Origin: Squalus acanthias
Taxonomy: Eukaryota
Assembly: GCA_030390025.1 (NCBI GenBank)
Contig: CM059432.1
Span: 39,682,001-39,746,000 of the forward strand
Length of the DNA: 64,000 nt
Reading direction: 5' to 3'
Translations under genes and position numbers: made by a program
Notes under the pieces: model-generated
Told to the model about the DNA's origin: nothing
What the model saw: the letters and a program-made list of their open reading frames with translations, nothing else
Database searches by the model: none
Shown: piece after piece, positions 27,233-40,800 of the stretch
Position numbering within the stretch: position 1 is the stretch's first letter
Layout: every line of letters starts with the position of its first letter

Positions 27233-27884
27233 CAGTGTATGTATTTCTTTTCTCCTGTTTTACTGAGAATTATACTCCAGTAGGTCAAAAGGATCTAATC
27301 TTAATGATGCAGGGGACAACCTGCTGCCGTCTGCAAGAGACATTTGAGCCCATCCAATACTGAAAACGTTTGTATTACCACATCTGGCTGTTGTATGAAC
27401 AATCCTTTATATTTGTTCTCGCTTCCCACTACAAAGATGCCTTCAACAAAAGGCACGTCTGTGTGGCCAACTGTTCACATGACCTCCATTCATTCCACCT
27501 CATCAAAACCATTTCCAAACCTTGTCAAAACCAATCACTGCTCATACTGCAACTTTAGTGTAACCATCATTTTAATGAAAGCCCACACTCTGTATGTGTG
27601 TCTCGTGTTCCTTTCCACCATGCTTCTCGTTGGTGCAGGTGTGTGATATATGACCTCTTAAACCTAATCTAGTGAGGTCAACCTTGTCTCATGGTAACTA
27701 AATCCTGAGATTGACCTGCAGACAGCTGTGTTGGTATCCTGCCTCAACCCCCACCCTTTCTGCCACATGTGCAGGCATCTGAGAGAGCTACTGGGAGGGC
27801 ATAAATATGCTGCTATCCTGAGCGACAATAGCATGATGTAAGCACATTCTGCCAGGCCACTATTCAACTGACCAAGCCATAGGT

Positions 27885-28218
27885 GTCAGCTATGACTCTG
27901 TGGGTAGCACTCTCGCCTCTGAGTCAGAAGGTTGTGGGTTCAAGTCCCACTCCAGAGACTTGAGCACAAAATTCTAGGCTGGCACTCCAGTGCAGTACTG
28001 AGGGAGTGCTGTACTTTTGCCGTCTTTCAGGTGAGATGTTAAACCAAGGCTCCATTTGCTCTTTAAGGTGGACGTAAAAGATCCCATGGCAGTACTTCAA
28101 AGAAGAGCAGCGGAGTTAGCCCCGGTGTCCTGGCCAATATTTATCCTACATTACAACAGTGTCTACACTTCAAAAGTACTTAATTGGCTGTAAAGCGCTT
28201 TGGGACGTCCTGAGGTCT
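27885..28218 (+). mobile_element. tRNA-derived Deu-domain SINE (SacSINE1/AmnSINE1-like) with L2-type tail
   Basis: Pol III A/B-box-like head (gggttcaagtccc), Deu-like core ggtggacgtaaaagatcccatggca, and tail aagcgctttgggacgtcctgagg. Confidence 0.75.
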
Positions 28219-28230
28219 GTTGGTCAGCCG

Positions 28231-28521
28231 GTCTCTCTCTCTTTCTCTCTCTTTCTCTTTCTCTCTTTCTCTCTCTCTTTCTCTTTCTCTCTCTCTTTCT
28301 TTCTCTCTCTCTTTAACTCTCTTTTTCTCTCTCTCCCTCTTTCTCCCTTTCTCTTTCTCTCTCTCTCTCTTTCTTTCTCTCTTTTTTCTTTGTCTTTCTT
28401 TTCCTCTCTTTCTCTCCCACTTTCTCTTTCTTCCTTTCTCTCTTTCTTTTTCCCTTTCTCTCTCTCTATCTCTTTCGCTCTCTCTTTCTCTCTCCAGTTC
28501 TCTCTCTCTCTCTTTCTTTCT
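28231..28521. repeat. CT-rich polypyrimidine microsatellite
   Basis: About 290 bp of nearly pure C/T (CT and CTTT units). Confidence 0.95.
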
Positions 28522-28901
28522 CCAAAGATTCCGGAGTCAGCCTCATTCAGGGCAAGCTCCCAGGTCAATGCCTCTGAGCAGTTCAATGCTGTTCCCAGTG
28601 GGTGTAGGTCCACATGCTCTTCATCACAATTCCAAAATATTTGCCTCCTAAAATATATATTTGTTCTTGGCCAACCCAATAAGATATCAGACTAAACTGT
28701 TCTTGTAACCAACGTCTACTTTCCATTAGATGTATCAGCTGAATCAAAATCTCAGTAAACATTCTTTCTAAGCAAACAATTCCATTGACAGGTTATCCAT
28801 CAGCTGGCAGGTGCTGCATTATCTCATCAAGCTGCTTGTCTCATGGGATGTACTATGACACGATGTGCCGAAGGGCCTCTTTCTGTGCTGTATAACTCTA
28901 T

Positions 28902-29794
28902 GGGGTAAAAATTCAGTTGGTTGCACCTCCCGTTAGCGCCTTAAGAGGGCGCTAATGGGGCGCAAAGCCGCTAACGCCCGGGCGCAGCGATGTTTGCGCC
29001 GCTCGGGAACTTAACTAGACATTGTGCGGCGGCGCTAAACTTTACCGCTGCGACCACCTGCGCGCGCAGATTGTGACGTCATTCCATGGTGCAACGCCCT
29101 TGTGGCGCCCCGGAGCGGAAATTGAGTGGCGCCCCCTGCCTTACCGTCTGACGCTAGCAACGACAGGTTGAGGGGAGCGTTCTGCAGTCATGAAGGGAAA
29201 GGGGGAGCGCTATTTAAAGGTGACTGCTTCCTGCCTTTTATTGTTGGTGCCATTTTTGAACTATGCATTCTGAGAGAGAGAGGGAGAGACTTCTGGAGAG
29301 ATTCAACGTTGTGTGAAGGAGTTTTGGGTACTGAGCAGCACTTTGCAGGTTCATTTTGATCTGCCATTCCTTGTATCGATTTAGCAGAGACTGTGGGAGC
29401 TGCACTCTGAGCTCTTTGCCTGGCACTCTCCATTGTTCTTTCCAGCACATTTGATGTGCAAGTCTCTCCAGGCCGAGATTCAAGGCTGCAATGAACAGGA
29501 TGTGGATGGAAAGCAAGATTAACCATCCCCTTTAAGAACTGGCCCGTGCCATTGTGTGTGTGTTCCATTGCTGACTGACATTACATGAGCTTCGCCAGCG
29601 CTCTGAGTTAGCGCCTCACTCCTTGGCCTTTGCGCCTTAAGACAGGTGTGCAGCGCCTGATTTAGCGCTCCACTCACCTCCCGGGGCGGTAAAAGTGAAG
29701 TTTCCAGTCAGTGGCGATAATTAGCGCCAGGCGCTAATATTTGCGTCCAGACGATATTTGCGCCCCAAATGGGGCGCGACCTAATTTTTCCCCC
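28902..29794 (+). mobile_element. Harbinger-type MITE, same family as 15869-16746
   Basis: TIRs ggggtaaaaattcag / ctaatttttccccc and TSD TAT. Colinear with 15869-16746. Confidence 0.9.
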
Positions 29795-29805
29795 TATGAC
29801 TCTAT

Positions 29806-30698
29806 GGGGGAAAAATTCAGTATCGCCCCGTTTAGGGCGCAATTATCGGCCGGGCGAAAAGATTAGCGCCTGGCGCTAATTATCGCCTCCGACTGCAAAC
29901 TTGACTTTTATCGCCCCTGGAGGTGATTGGAGCGCTAAATCAGGTGCTACACATCTGTCTTAAGGCGCAAAGGCCGATGAGCGAGGCGCTAACTCAGAGC
30001 GCTGGCGAAGCTCATGTGATGTCAGTCAGCAATGGAACACAGACACAATGGCACCGGCCAGTTCTTAAAGGGGAGGGTTGATCTTGCTTTCCATCCACAT
30101 CCTGCTCATTGCAGCCTTGAATCTCGGCCTGGAGAGACCTGTACATCAAATCTGCTGGAAAGTACAATGGAGAGAACCAGGGAAAGAGCTCAGAGTGCAG
30201 CCCTCACAGTCTGTTCTAAATCGATACAAGGAAGGGCAAATCAAAATGAACCTGCAAAGTGCTGCTCAGTACCCAAAACTCCTTAACACAGCATTGAATC
30301 TCTCCAGAAGTCTCTCTCGCTCTCTCTCAGAATGCGTGGTTCAAAAATGTCACCAACAAAAAAAGGCAGGAAGTGTTCGCCTTTAAATAGCGCTCCCCCA
30401 GTCCCTTCCTGACTGCAAAACGCTCCCCTCAGCCTGTCGTTGCTAGCGGCAGGCGGTAAGGCAGGGGGCGCCACTCAATATCCGCTCCGGGGCGCTACCG
30501 GGGCGTTGCTCACTCGACTGACGTCACGGTCTGCCGGCGCAGGAGATCGTGGCGGTAGTGTTTAGCGCCGCCACAAAATGTCTAGTTAATTTCACGCGCA
30601 GCGCAAACATCGCCGCGCCCGGGCGCTAGTTGCTTTGCGCCCCATTAGTGCCCTCTTAAGGCGCTAACGGGAGGCGCAACTAACTGAATTTTTCCCCC
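29806..30698 (-). mobile_element. Harbinger-type MITE, same family, inverted orientation
   Basis: TIRs gggggaaaaattcag / ctgaatttttccccc and TSD TAT. Reverse complement of 15869-16746. Confidence 0.9.
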
Positions 30699-31821
30699 TA
30701 TGACTCTATGAAGACATTTCAACATTATTGTTTATATCATCAATGTTGTATCGAGATCATTAATCATGGATATCTTTATAATTGGGAGAGAGGATACGAT
30801 CACTCTATCGAAATAGATTTTGGTTTAATCAGGCATGTTTCTGTCTCTTGTTTTCCTTTCGAAGAGGACAGTTTCACCAACTTTTTAATCAGCTGCTGAA
30901 ATTAATCACAGCAGAAGGTGGCGCTGTGTGTAAGAAAGAAAATAGGAGGAATAAAGTAGCTCATTCCAAAAAGTAGAGAAGAGGAAGTTAACCAAGGAAG
31001 TTAATCTAGCTCAGAGCCCAAAATGGGAGGCAGATACTGCAACATAGAGTACGCCTGACAGCAGGAGGACAGAAGGGATGGTGGGAAGTAAAAATTAAAA
31101 GGGGTAATTTTTCCGACTTTGTATTCCCGACAGGTGAATCTCCGCGCTGGCACAAGGAAACATATGCAGGGCTAGAAGGAAAGAGCAGGGGAGTGGGACT
31201 AATTGGATAGCTTTTTCAAAGAGCTGGCACAGCCACAATGGGCTGAAAAGCCTGCTTCTGTACTGTATGATTTTACGATTCTATGAACGTCGGAAAAATA
31301 CCCTGAAATTGAGTATATATGGAGTCATTTAAATTAATAGCCACAGGCTACCCGCCGGGAACATGGTCAGAAAGTTACACCTAAAGGGAGCATATAAGGT
31401 GTAATTTAAATTAATAGTTGAAGAATCGTGCGTTGTGCACCCAAATTTCTAATGTGCACTCCCAGCGGGTGAGCCTCCTCACGAGAGCACAAAGTGGTAA
31501 AATTACTCTTAGAACCTGATACACCAATTGCACAATTGGTACATCAACTTGTACTAATACATAGTGAAGATCAGAGTGAAAATCTAGTGCATCTGTACCA
31601 TTGTGTAGCAGCAAAACTGCAGCTATGGTAGAACCAAATCATAAAACTAGTAAAAAAAAGAATGATGAGGGTTGAGTAAGGAAAAACAAACTGATGAAGA
31701 AGCAAAAGTGAGAAAGGGCAGTTAGGTGAAACAGAACTGGTAAAATGTTGAATGAGTGAAGAAGTAGCTATGATTCATATGCCTGGACTTTCTCTTTCAG
31801 CAGTAATCCTGCCAGAAACTG

Positions 31822-32760
31822 TGGTCAGACTGGCTTTGTGCCCACACGTGCCTCCAATGGTCAGACTGGCTTTGTGCCCACACGTGCCTCCAATGGTCAG
31901 ACTGGCTTTGTGCCCGCACGTGCCTCCAATGGTCAGACTGGCTTTGTGCCTGCACGTGCCTCCAATGGTCAGACGGGCTTTGTGCCCACACATGCCTCCA
32001 ATGGTCAGACGGGCTTTGTGCCCGCACGTGCCTCCAATGGTCAGACTGGCTTTGTGCCCGCACGTGCCTCCAATGGTCAGACTGGCTTTGTGCCCACACG
32101 TGCCTCCAATGGTCAGACGGGCTTTGTGCCTGCACGTGCCTCCAATGGTCAGACGGGCTTTGTGCCCACACGTGCCTCCAATGGTCAGACGGGCTTTGTG
32201 CCCACACGTGCCTCCAATGATCAGACTGGCTTTGTGCCCACACTTGGCTCCAATGGTCAGACGGGCTTTGTGCCCACACGTGCCTCCAATGGTCAGACTG
32301 GCTTTGTGCCTGCATATGGCTCCAATGATCAGACGGGCTTTGTGCCCGCATATGGCTCCAATGGTCAGACTGGCTTTGTGCCCACACGTGCCTCCAATGG
32401 TCAGACGGGCTTTGTGCCTGCATATGGCTCCAATGATCAGACAGGCTTTGTGCCTGCACGTGCCTCCAATGGTCAGACGGGCTTTGTGCCCACACGTGCC
32501 TCCAATGGTCAGACGGGCTTTGTGCCCACACGTGCCTCCAATGATCAGACTGGCTTTGTGCCCACACTTGGCTCCAATGGTCAGACGGGCTTTGTGCCCA
32601 CACGTGCCTCCAATGGTCAGACTGGCTTTGTGCCCACACTTGGCTCCAATGGTCAGACTGGCTTTGTGCCCACACGTGCCTCCAATGGTCAGACGGGCTT
32701 TGTGCCCACACGTGCCTCCAATGATCAGACTGGCTTTGTGCCCGCACATGGCTCCCAATG
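31822..32760. repeat. 36-bp minisatellite, about 26 copies (tggtcagactggctttgtgcccacacgtgcctccaa)
   Basis: Directly visible tandem array with a few recurring variant positions. Confidence 0.97.
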
Positions 32761-34207
32761 CTGACCCAGATGGACCTTCATAGGTGCTAATTTAAAAATT
32801 GCTGGGTAGGCTCCTAGCAGGATTTCCAATGGAGCCAGAAACCCTGTCTCCAGAAGTGGAAGGAAAGTCACTGCTGTAGCAGTAGAGTGCATCTGGCAGT
32901 CTACAAGTTGTTGAAGTTGTAAACATTTTTTAATTTGATGCAGTAACAAGTGCAATCAATTGCCCTCACAGGCTATTTAAAATGTTAAACCCCACGCCAC
33001 CTTCTTAGCAATGCTGTACGCTGGGACACAACAGCCCAGCGTTCCTACGGTATTGATGAAGGAAAATACATTAGAACATCGGATGACATATTTCCTTCGT
33101 TTGCATTGCACTTCAATGCAGTCACCCAAATATGGGCAGGCAAATTCACTGCCCCTCCATCAAGTCCAGAGGAAAATTCTAGAAGTGACAGGAACCGGGA
33201 TTTTTCTTTAGTACTGAAGAGCAATGAATATGCCCACCCATATTTGGGCGCGTATGTTTAATTAGAACATTGTTTAAGGATTATGAGGAGCATATGTCTT
33301 ATTTGGAGATTTTTCTAACTGGTGCATGGTGATTAGATTTGACAGGCTGAAAGGAATTACAAGGCAATGTGGAGTTTCTTTAAACAGTGGTCATAAGTTG
33401 AGCGATTGCTGATCATAGCAGGATGGCAGTAGAGGTATCACAATTGGCTGGGAAAGGAACAATCAGCCAAGGTTCCCATGCCTGCTTGGACACCTGCTGG
33501 GAAGTCCATATGTGTTCATCAGTTAAGGACAGGATTAGATATGACTGTTATTGTCCCAGCAGTCAAATAGACTGCTGACACTCACTGTCACACATGGCTA
33601 CTTTGGTGAGATACCACAGGGCATTTGGCATCCATGGCACCGTATCCCAAAAGATGACAATGCCGATAGGACCAGAACATAATTTGGCTATTTTAACCCT
33701 GACAAGGGTTGATATTTATTTTAATGACAGAATTGACATTGAGATAAACTATAGTTAACAGCTACACTAATGTTTGCGGGCATAACAACATTTTCAACAC
33801 ATTAAATTAAGCATATATAAGGCTATTTTTGTTGTTTGAAGTTCTTTACAAATTCCCTTGAAGCACAAGACTGAATATCATGACTAATTTCCTTTGTCCT
33901 AGAAATTGGATCTGGCCCCAAAACGGGTGGTGTCAGGGCACACCACTATTTGGCCGTGCCCATTCAAAGTGATCCAGGCAGCATGCAAAATTCATGCTGA
34001 CTGCTCATTTACATGATTGTAGTGCTGATCTCAGCACTAAACACGCTGCTCATTGGCTTATCACTCAACAGCTGGGCCAATATCGGGTGCTGTCTAATGG
34101 CCAGTAATGTTTGGCCTAGTCTTTCTCCACTACTTAAAGGGGAGGTGCTTTGATGCAGCAGCACTTCATTGGAGTTGGAGCTGGAATTGGAATTGCGGTT
34201 GGAACAC

Positions 34208-36116
34208 ATGGCTGAATACCAGCAAAGAGAACGTGCCAGGAGGTTGTCCGATGCGGCTCTGGAGGCTTTGTTCCTGGCCGTGGAGAGGAGGCGGGCTGTC
34301 CTGTTCCCGCAGGGTGACAGGAAGCCATCAGCGCATACATTGAGAAGGCTGTGGCAAGAGATAGCTGGATACATCACGGTCAATAGTGTGGTACCGAGAA
34401 CATGGATCCAGTGCCGCAAGAAGTTTAATGACCTCACACGGCAGTTCAAGGTGAGTGAAGGCTTCAGCAAATGCTGTATCCCACCATCTGCCCCACAAGC
34501 CTCATGTACTACTCAATGCACCACACCCCTATCACTCACCTACCAACAATCTCTACCTATCACCACTCATACCTCACAATCATAGCTTCACTTCACCCTC
34601 ACAATCTTACCACTTCTGCAACACTCACATCCACATCTCACATCTTTCACACACTGGGAGCTATTCAACTATAGCAGGCACATCACCCAAACACATTGCA
34701 TTACAGTCACTGACACACCTCCCTTGCTCTTGCAGGCCAAGGTTGCTCACAGTCGCCATGAGCAGCGGCAGACGGGAGGCGGCCAAGCCGCAATACAGGC
34801 CTTGAGCCAACTGGAGGAGAGCGTGCTCGACATCATTGGAGGGGAAGTCACCGAGGCCGTGGCAACGGGCGAAGTTGAAGCCCTTGGGGACAATAACGGT
34901 ATCTTCATTCCTAATCCTTCTTCTCACATCCCACTTCCCCTTCATCCCACAATCTCTTTTGACTTACAAGCTGCTGATGCTGTATGCATGGATATCTTGC
35001 CTTCCCTCCCTCACCATAACCCGACTCTTGTGCCTTTCTGCTTTCAGATGACCAAGAACTGCCAGCCGTAGAGCCTGTCCCTGAAGCAATGGAGGAGAGT
35101 GAAGGAGAAGAAGACGGCACATTGTCACTGCATCTGCCACTCACAGACACCAGCTCAGAAACTGGCACTGCGTGGAATTTAGAGGGTAGTGTAGATGCGG
35201 GATCTGCACATGGTGGGGCACTGGGCATGAGTGGGCTGCAGCAAGGCCAGGGGAAAAGGGTAGCTCGGGGGCCATCTCCCCGAGGGCAAGTTTGTGCATG
35301 AGTTCTGCTGCACACGACTCATGATGACCTCGATGGGGCAGCCTTCTGAAGAAGGGTGATGGGCATGCACACCGAAATGCTTGGTGCAATGGCAGGACTG
35401 CCTGAGAGCCTCTTTGCAATGTCAAGGAGCATGGAGGAGGCCGGCTCCAACATTGGACGGGGCTTTGTGCATAGCTTGGAGCCCAGGATTTCCAGGATGG
35501 AAATGATGGACAACTCCAGGAGAGAGCTTCTCGACCCAGACATGATGCTGAGTGTGATGGGCAATGTCGCGGCTCTCATTGCAGCACAGGCGGAAGTGAC
35601 CCAACGTCTCAGTGCTGCAGTGGAAGCGCAGACTGCTCTCCTGCAGGCTCAGCTTGCTGCCACGCCAGATCAGACTGTTCTTATGCGGTCTCAGCTTGCT
35701 GCCACCCAAGACTGCTGCCATCATGGTTGGGTTTACCAGTGTCAAAAGGGGACTGCAGGGTGCCGCAGCAGCCCAGCAATCTGTCCTCCAACAGATTGCT
35801 AGGAATGCTGAGACTCCGCCCCGAGGGAGTGGCAGTGGGTCTGTGGAGCAGGACCCTGCTGTCCTCTCTCAGGATGACAGCATTCCTATTCCCACCACTG
35901 TCACTTCGCCATTGCCCTTGCCGCTGCCTGTCAGCCAGCCAGCCCAGTCTGCTCGCCCATGCCGAGGTGGTGAAATCTACAGCTGGGCCTTCTAGATCCA
36001 CAGCTGGTCGAGGTTGTCCTGCAAGACATCTGAAGTCTCCCCCATGGAAACTCAGCAACATTCCACCAGCTATGCTGCAGCCACTGGGAGAGCACTGCGT
36101 AGGAGCACCAGAGTAG
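34208..36116 (+). pseudogene. Spliced Harbinger Myb/SANT-like DNA-binding protein gene (3 exons, decayed)
   Basis: MAEYQQRERARRLSDAAL...WIQCRKKFNDLTRQFK|gtgagt, then ttgcag|AKVAHSRHEQRQTGGG...|gtatct, then ctttcag|exon 3 with stops and frameshifts. Confidence 0.75.
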
Positions 36117-36332
36117 GAAAGGGCACATGAACGACAGGCACTGTAGGATTGCACAAGGGTGATTAGTTGACACTGTAATGGAAATTGAATAATTATAAAT
36201 GTATTAATTTGGTTTGGAATGTTTGTTTTCTGGTGGCTCTCATTTCAGCTTTGTGCCCAGGTGGACGCTGTGATATTCCATAACAGAGGGATGTTATGAT
36301 GGGGATGTGGTGAGCAATGGGGATCTGGGGAT

Positions 36333-36421
36333 TCATTCACTCAAATCAGATCTGATGAGGCTTTCACGGACAGCCTGTGCGGAAGGGTGATTTGCTGCCT
36401 GCCTCCTCCCTTCCTCCTCAT

Positions 36422-36452
<31 letters not shown>

Positions 36453-37360
36453 TCCCTCGTCCTCTTCCTGAGGTGGTCCTGCAATCTCTGCTGCCAAGGG
36501 CTGCACCCTCATGATGACCATGTTGTGAAGCATGCAGCAGACCACCACGAAATGGGACATCGGCTCCACCGAGTACTGGAGGGCTACTCCCAGGCGGTCA
36601 AGGCAGCGGATCCGTTGCTTCAGCAGCCCGTTGGTCTGCTCGATAATGTTCCTGGTGGCAGCATGGCTCTCATTATCTGAGTGCTCGGCACGAGTGTTGG
36701 GGTTGCGGAGGTGAGTCATCGGCCAAGTGCAGAGTGGATAGCTCTTGTCTCCGAGCAGCGACCCTTGGGTTTGACGTGGTGGCTGGAAGATTGCTGGCAC
36801 ATCAGACTGACACAGGATGAAGGCACCATGAATGCTGCCAGGATAGAGGGCATTGACCATCAGGATACGCTGGGTGTGGTTGCACAACAACTTCACATTA
36901 AGTAAGTGGTAGCCTTTGCGGTTACGGAAGATGTCAAGATTGTTATGCAGCGCCCGCAAAGCCACATGGGTGCAGTCAATGGCGCCCTGCACTATGGGTA
37001 ATCTGCTCAGAGAGAGGACAACATAGACCCTTCTCCAGGTGTAGAGAGCCTCAGTGACCTCCCGGATGCAGCGATGGATGGCGAACTGGGAGATGTTCGC
37101 TATGTCTCCTGCTGCAGACTGGAAGGATCCGCTGGCGAAGAAATTGAGGGCCACGGTGACCTTGACTGCCACTGGGTGAGCTGTGGTCACCCTGCTCTCA
37201 TTCTGCAGGTCTGGTTGCAGGAGGTGGCAGAGTTCTGTGACCATCTCCTTGGTGAAGCGGAGCCTCCTAATACACTGCTCCTCGCTAAGTGGATACAAGA
37301 GAAGTGCTCTCTGAAGACCCTAGGTGGGTAAGGCCTCCTGTTGAGCCCTCCTGGCCCTCC
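36333..37360 (-). pseudogene. Harbinger (HARBI1-like) DDE transposase, N-terminus disrupted by CR1
   Basis: 321-aa ORF with [46 protein letters not shown] and an acidic tail. Confidence 0.88.
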
Positions 37361-37363
37361 TCC

Positions 37364-37808
37364 TAGTCATAGAGTCATACAGAACAGAAAGAGGCCCTTC
37401 GGCCCATCGTGTCCGCACCGGCCATCAAGCCCTGTCTATTCTAATCCCATTTTCCAGCACTTGGTCCGTAGCCTTGTATGCTATGGCGTTTCAAGTGCTC
37501 ATCTAAATGCTTCTTGAATGTTGTGAGGGTTCCTGCCTCTACCACCCTTTCAGGCAGTGAGTTCCAGATTCCAACCACCCTCTGGGTGAAAAAGTTTTTC
37601 CTCTAAACCTCCTGCCCCTTACCTTGAAACTATGCCCCCTGGTTATTGACCCCTCTACTAAGGGGAAAAGTTCCTTTCTATCTACCCTATCTATGCCCCT
37701 CATAATTTTGTACACCTCAATCAGGTCCCCCCTCAGCCTTCTCTGCTCTAAGGAAAACAACCCCAGCCTGTCCAGTCTCTCTTCATAGCTGAAGCGCTCC
37801 AGCCCAGG
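37364..37808 (-). mobile_element. CR1 3' fragment inserted in the Harbinger B transposase
   Basis: LGLFSLEQRRLRGDLIEVYKIMRG, with a (ctatgact) tail at about 37364-37380. Confidence 0.9.
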
Positions 37809-40800
37809 GTTATTACCACAGCTGACCAAACATTGCCAAGCAGGAAGGAGGCTCCAGCAGCGATATTTAAAGGGATCATCAGCAACAACTTGCAGCTGAG
37901 ATGTTTGTTCAGTTTGACTGGCTCCTCTTCCCTCTGTGCGCATCTTCTCCTCTTCTTCGCTGCCTCCGCTCCCTCTCCCTAAGATACTCGAGCGCTGGGG
38001 GGGCTGCAAGTAAATCCCCCATGACTGTGAGCAAGTGTTGTGAACAGAAGCCTTGAAATAATAATGAAGGCATTCTCCACTTGCCCCAACACTCCCTGTT
38101 ACCTTAGGAACTTGAAAGAAGTTTAGAAAGCTGCTGGAGTTGCAGAAAGTTGCACAGAGCCAGTCAAACTGAACAAACATGTCAGCTGCAAGTTGTTGCT
38201 GATGATCCCTTTAAATAACGCTGCTGGAGCCTCCTTCCTGCTTGTGACTGTTTGGTCAGCTGTGGTAATTAACACAGGCTGGTAAGTTGAGCAGCGCACT
38301 CCAAGCTGGCAGATCGGGCATCAGGTGAGCGTTGCATACTCACTGACGTCACAGTCTGCATAATCTACATATCCCTAGCAAGCACGGACATCAGCAGCGA
38401 AGCCTCCGAGCCAAAAATGGCGGCCACCGCGGGACCCACCGGCAGCAAGCAGAAGTGAGGCAGCTGCCATTTTTTTTTGCCGAAATGGGCCTTAACGGCC
38501 AGCACTAACATCTCCAATTTCTTGGCCTTTATCTGTCCTTAGTAAACTACTGTCATTATAGGCATGAGTAAGTAAAACTTTCAATCATGTTAAACTATAC
38601 TAATTCTGTCATACCACTGCTAATTTCCTTTTGTTTTACTTTACACTTTCTGTAACAGAACTCTTTGCTAGTCTTGACATCCTGCCACAGAAAAATGTAG
38701 CACAAAGAAGATGGGGGGAGGGCTGTCTTCAGTATGACATTGCCTATAGCCAATACCTATTCAATATTAGCCAAGGCTTTACCAATCCCTATATGTTTCC
38801 CTCAAGAAACAATATCCTAGTTGTGTATTTAGGAATCAGTGAAAGTTTGAATTTCTAAATGTTTGGAAATATTATTTTGATTCTTATCAGAAATTGTAAT
38901 AATTCTTAATTCGATCTTGATGTGTTTTCAGGATCTTCTCTTTCATTGAATTTTACTATAGAATCTGCAGCCTCCTTTTACAGTTTCTGTACTACTTGAC
39001 AGCTTACTTGATGGATCCTGTGGCAATAATTGGGTTGTCATTCAGGACAGACATTCTCTTTCAGCTCATTTCTGATGTGTTGATATGTACCTGTTCATTA
39101 ACTCCTGTCCACAAGCTATGTCAAGAGGTTATCTGCAAGTCCTAACAAGCTATAGTACTAAGAGTACGCCTTTTAAAATTCTTACGGGGTTCATTTTACT
39201 GAACAGTTCAGTTAGCATTTTCTTTAATAGAAAAATAATTTTGGAAAAATTGAGTTATTATTATAGTTTTATGGTGTACAGCTTGCATGTTACAGTGTGA
39301 CAAATTCTATAGATACAAGTGTGGCTTGTGGATGGCCCAGGCAGCTAGCTCTGGGAAATGTAATTGGACCTGGGTATATTACTACTGTTGCCCACACTCT
39401 TCATGTCACACAGGCCGTCCAATAGTCCCGCTGGAAGTCCAGGGCCATTTTGAGGGCTGGGCATCATTAACATTCGACTGGCAGGCTGCGGGCGGAAAAT
39501 GAGCACCCGGGTGTAGCCCGCCTGATCTGGGCCGTGGCAATACTGGTTGGCCCAGCTGGTTTCTGGGTCAGAAGAAGTAGATCCGTGGGTGGTGGGGAGA
39601 GGGGCTCCAATCTTGAGGGGGAGGGGACCCTGAACGGCAGCAGCCCAGACTAGTTTTGTGGAGGACTTTTGCTCCTCTCAGCCCCACAAAAACACTGTAA
39701 AACTTACCTGTGGGATCATCTTCGGGTGGACTGCCAGCCTGTACTGTCCTAAAATGACAAACGGGGTCCTATTTACGTCATAGGATCCCACTTTGCATAT
39801 TAAAAGATCCTATTGCCTGACTCTGGGGCTACCCAGTGGTAGGCCCGGGGGGAAGATACTGGCGGTCACATTGACGGTGGGAATGGAGCAGTAAGTCACT
39901 CCCCACTATTTTCGCGGTGCTGCCATCCTGTTTCTGCTACTCAAAATCTCTCCCAGGTAATGAAAGCCCGGTAAATTGTTCCGAATTGCAGTTTCCTGGG
40001 TCAGGGAGTGATTACAGATTTAGGCCTGGCTCCTGGCAGGACTCCAGCTGCCAAGAAAGAGCTTGCCAGTTTCTGGCTGCAAAATCTTGGTGGTGCTGCA
40101 GTGAGATTGTTGCTGCAAACTCAGAAGAGACAGCTGGGTACTTAAAGGGGGCGTTAGTGCCCCAAATTCTAAAGGAGCTGCATCCTTGTAGGCCTCAGCA
40201 GAGTCCTATGCCACATAGGTAAGTCATTGGGGGTCAGGCTGGAGGGAGACGAGGCTGCTACAAGATCCTCTCTCTCCATGGGAGCCTTTACCATCTCTTA
40301 CATGGAAATGACAATATGAAAACAGGCCATTTGGTCCAACCAGTCCGTGTCAGTGGTTATCCTTCACACAAGCACTAGTACTGTATCCTATGTGCCCACT
40401 CTGTTCCCAATATCACTTTATTCTCATTTCTTCAACCCGCCATCTAATATATTCCTAAATGTTGACATTATCTCCACCTTAATTGCTAAGTCTGCTAATG
40501 CATTACACAACCTCACAACCCACTGTGTAAAAAGGTTTCTCCTCCTTTCTATCCAAAATCTCGAGGGGGAAAAAATCATCCCCTTAGCGCCTCCTGTTAG
40601 TGCCAGCAGATGGCGCTAACGGGGCGCTATAGTAGTATCGCCGGGGCGAGGCAAATCCAGCGCCGCACGCCAAATCCCACACCTCGTAGCACCGCCAGTA
40701 AGAGTTATCGCCGGGAACATCAATGCCAGGTGGATCGTGACGTCAGCAAGTGTGCAACGCTCACTGACCGCCCGGTCTGCTAAATTGATTGTCACCACTT

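Larger units (their letters stand above)
33896..38527. mobile_element. Harbinger transposon B, near full length (about 4.6 kb including a CR1 insertion)
   Basis: TIRs gtcctagaaattgga / tccaatttcttggcc with a TTT 3-bp flank. Convergent Myb-like and transposase genes. Confidence 0.85.

Noticed and set aside
28159..28695. Ser/Leu/Phe-rich and Glu/Arg/Lys-rich ORFs
   Set aside because: They are translations of a CT microsatellite.
31822..32760. CRISPR-like array (36-bp repeats)
   Set aside because: The repeats are head-to-tail with no unique spacers, there are no cas genes, and the context is eukaryotic.
31752..32783. Four 308-343 aa repetitive ORFs on both strands
   Set aside because: They are a by-product of a 36-bp unit lacking stops in several frames. 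There is no splice or homology support.
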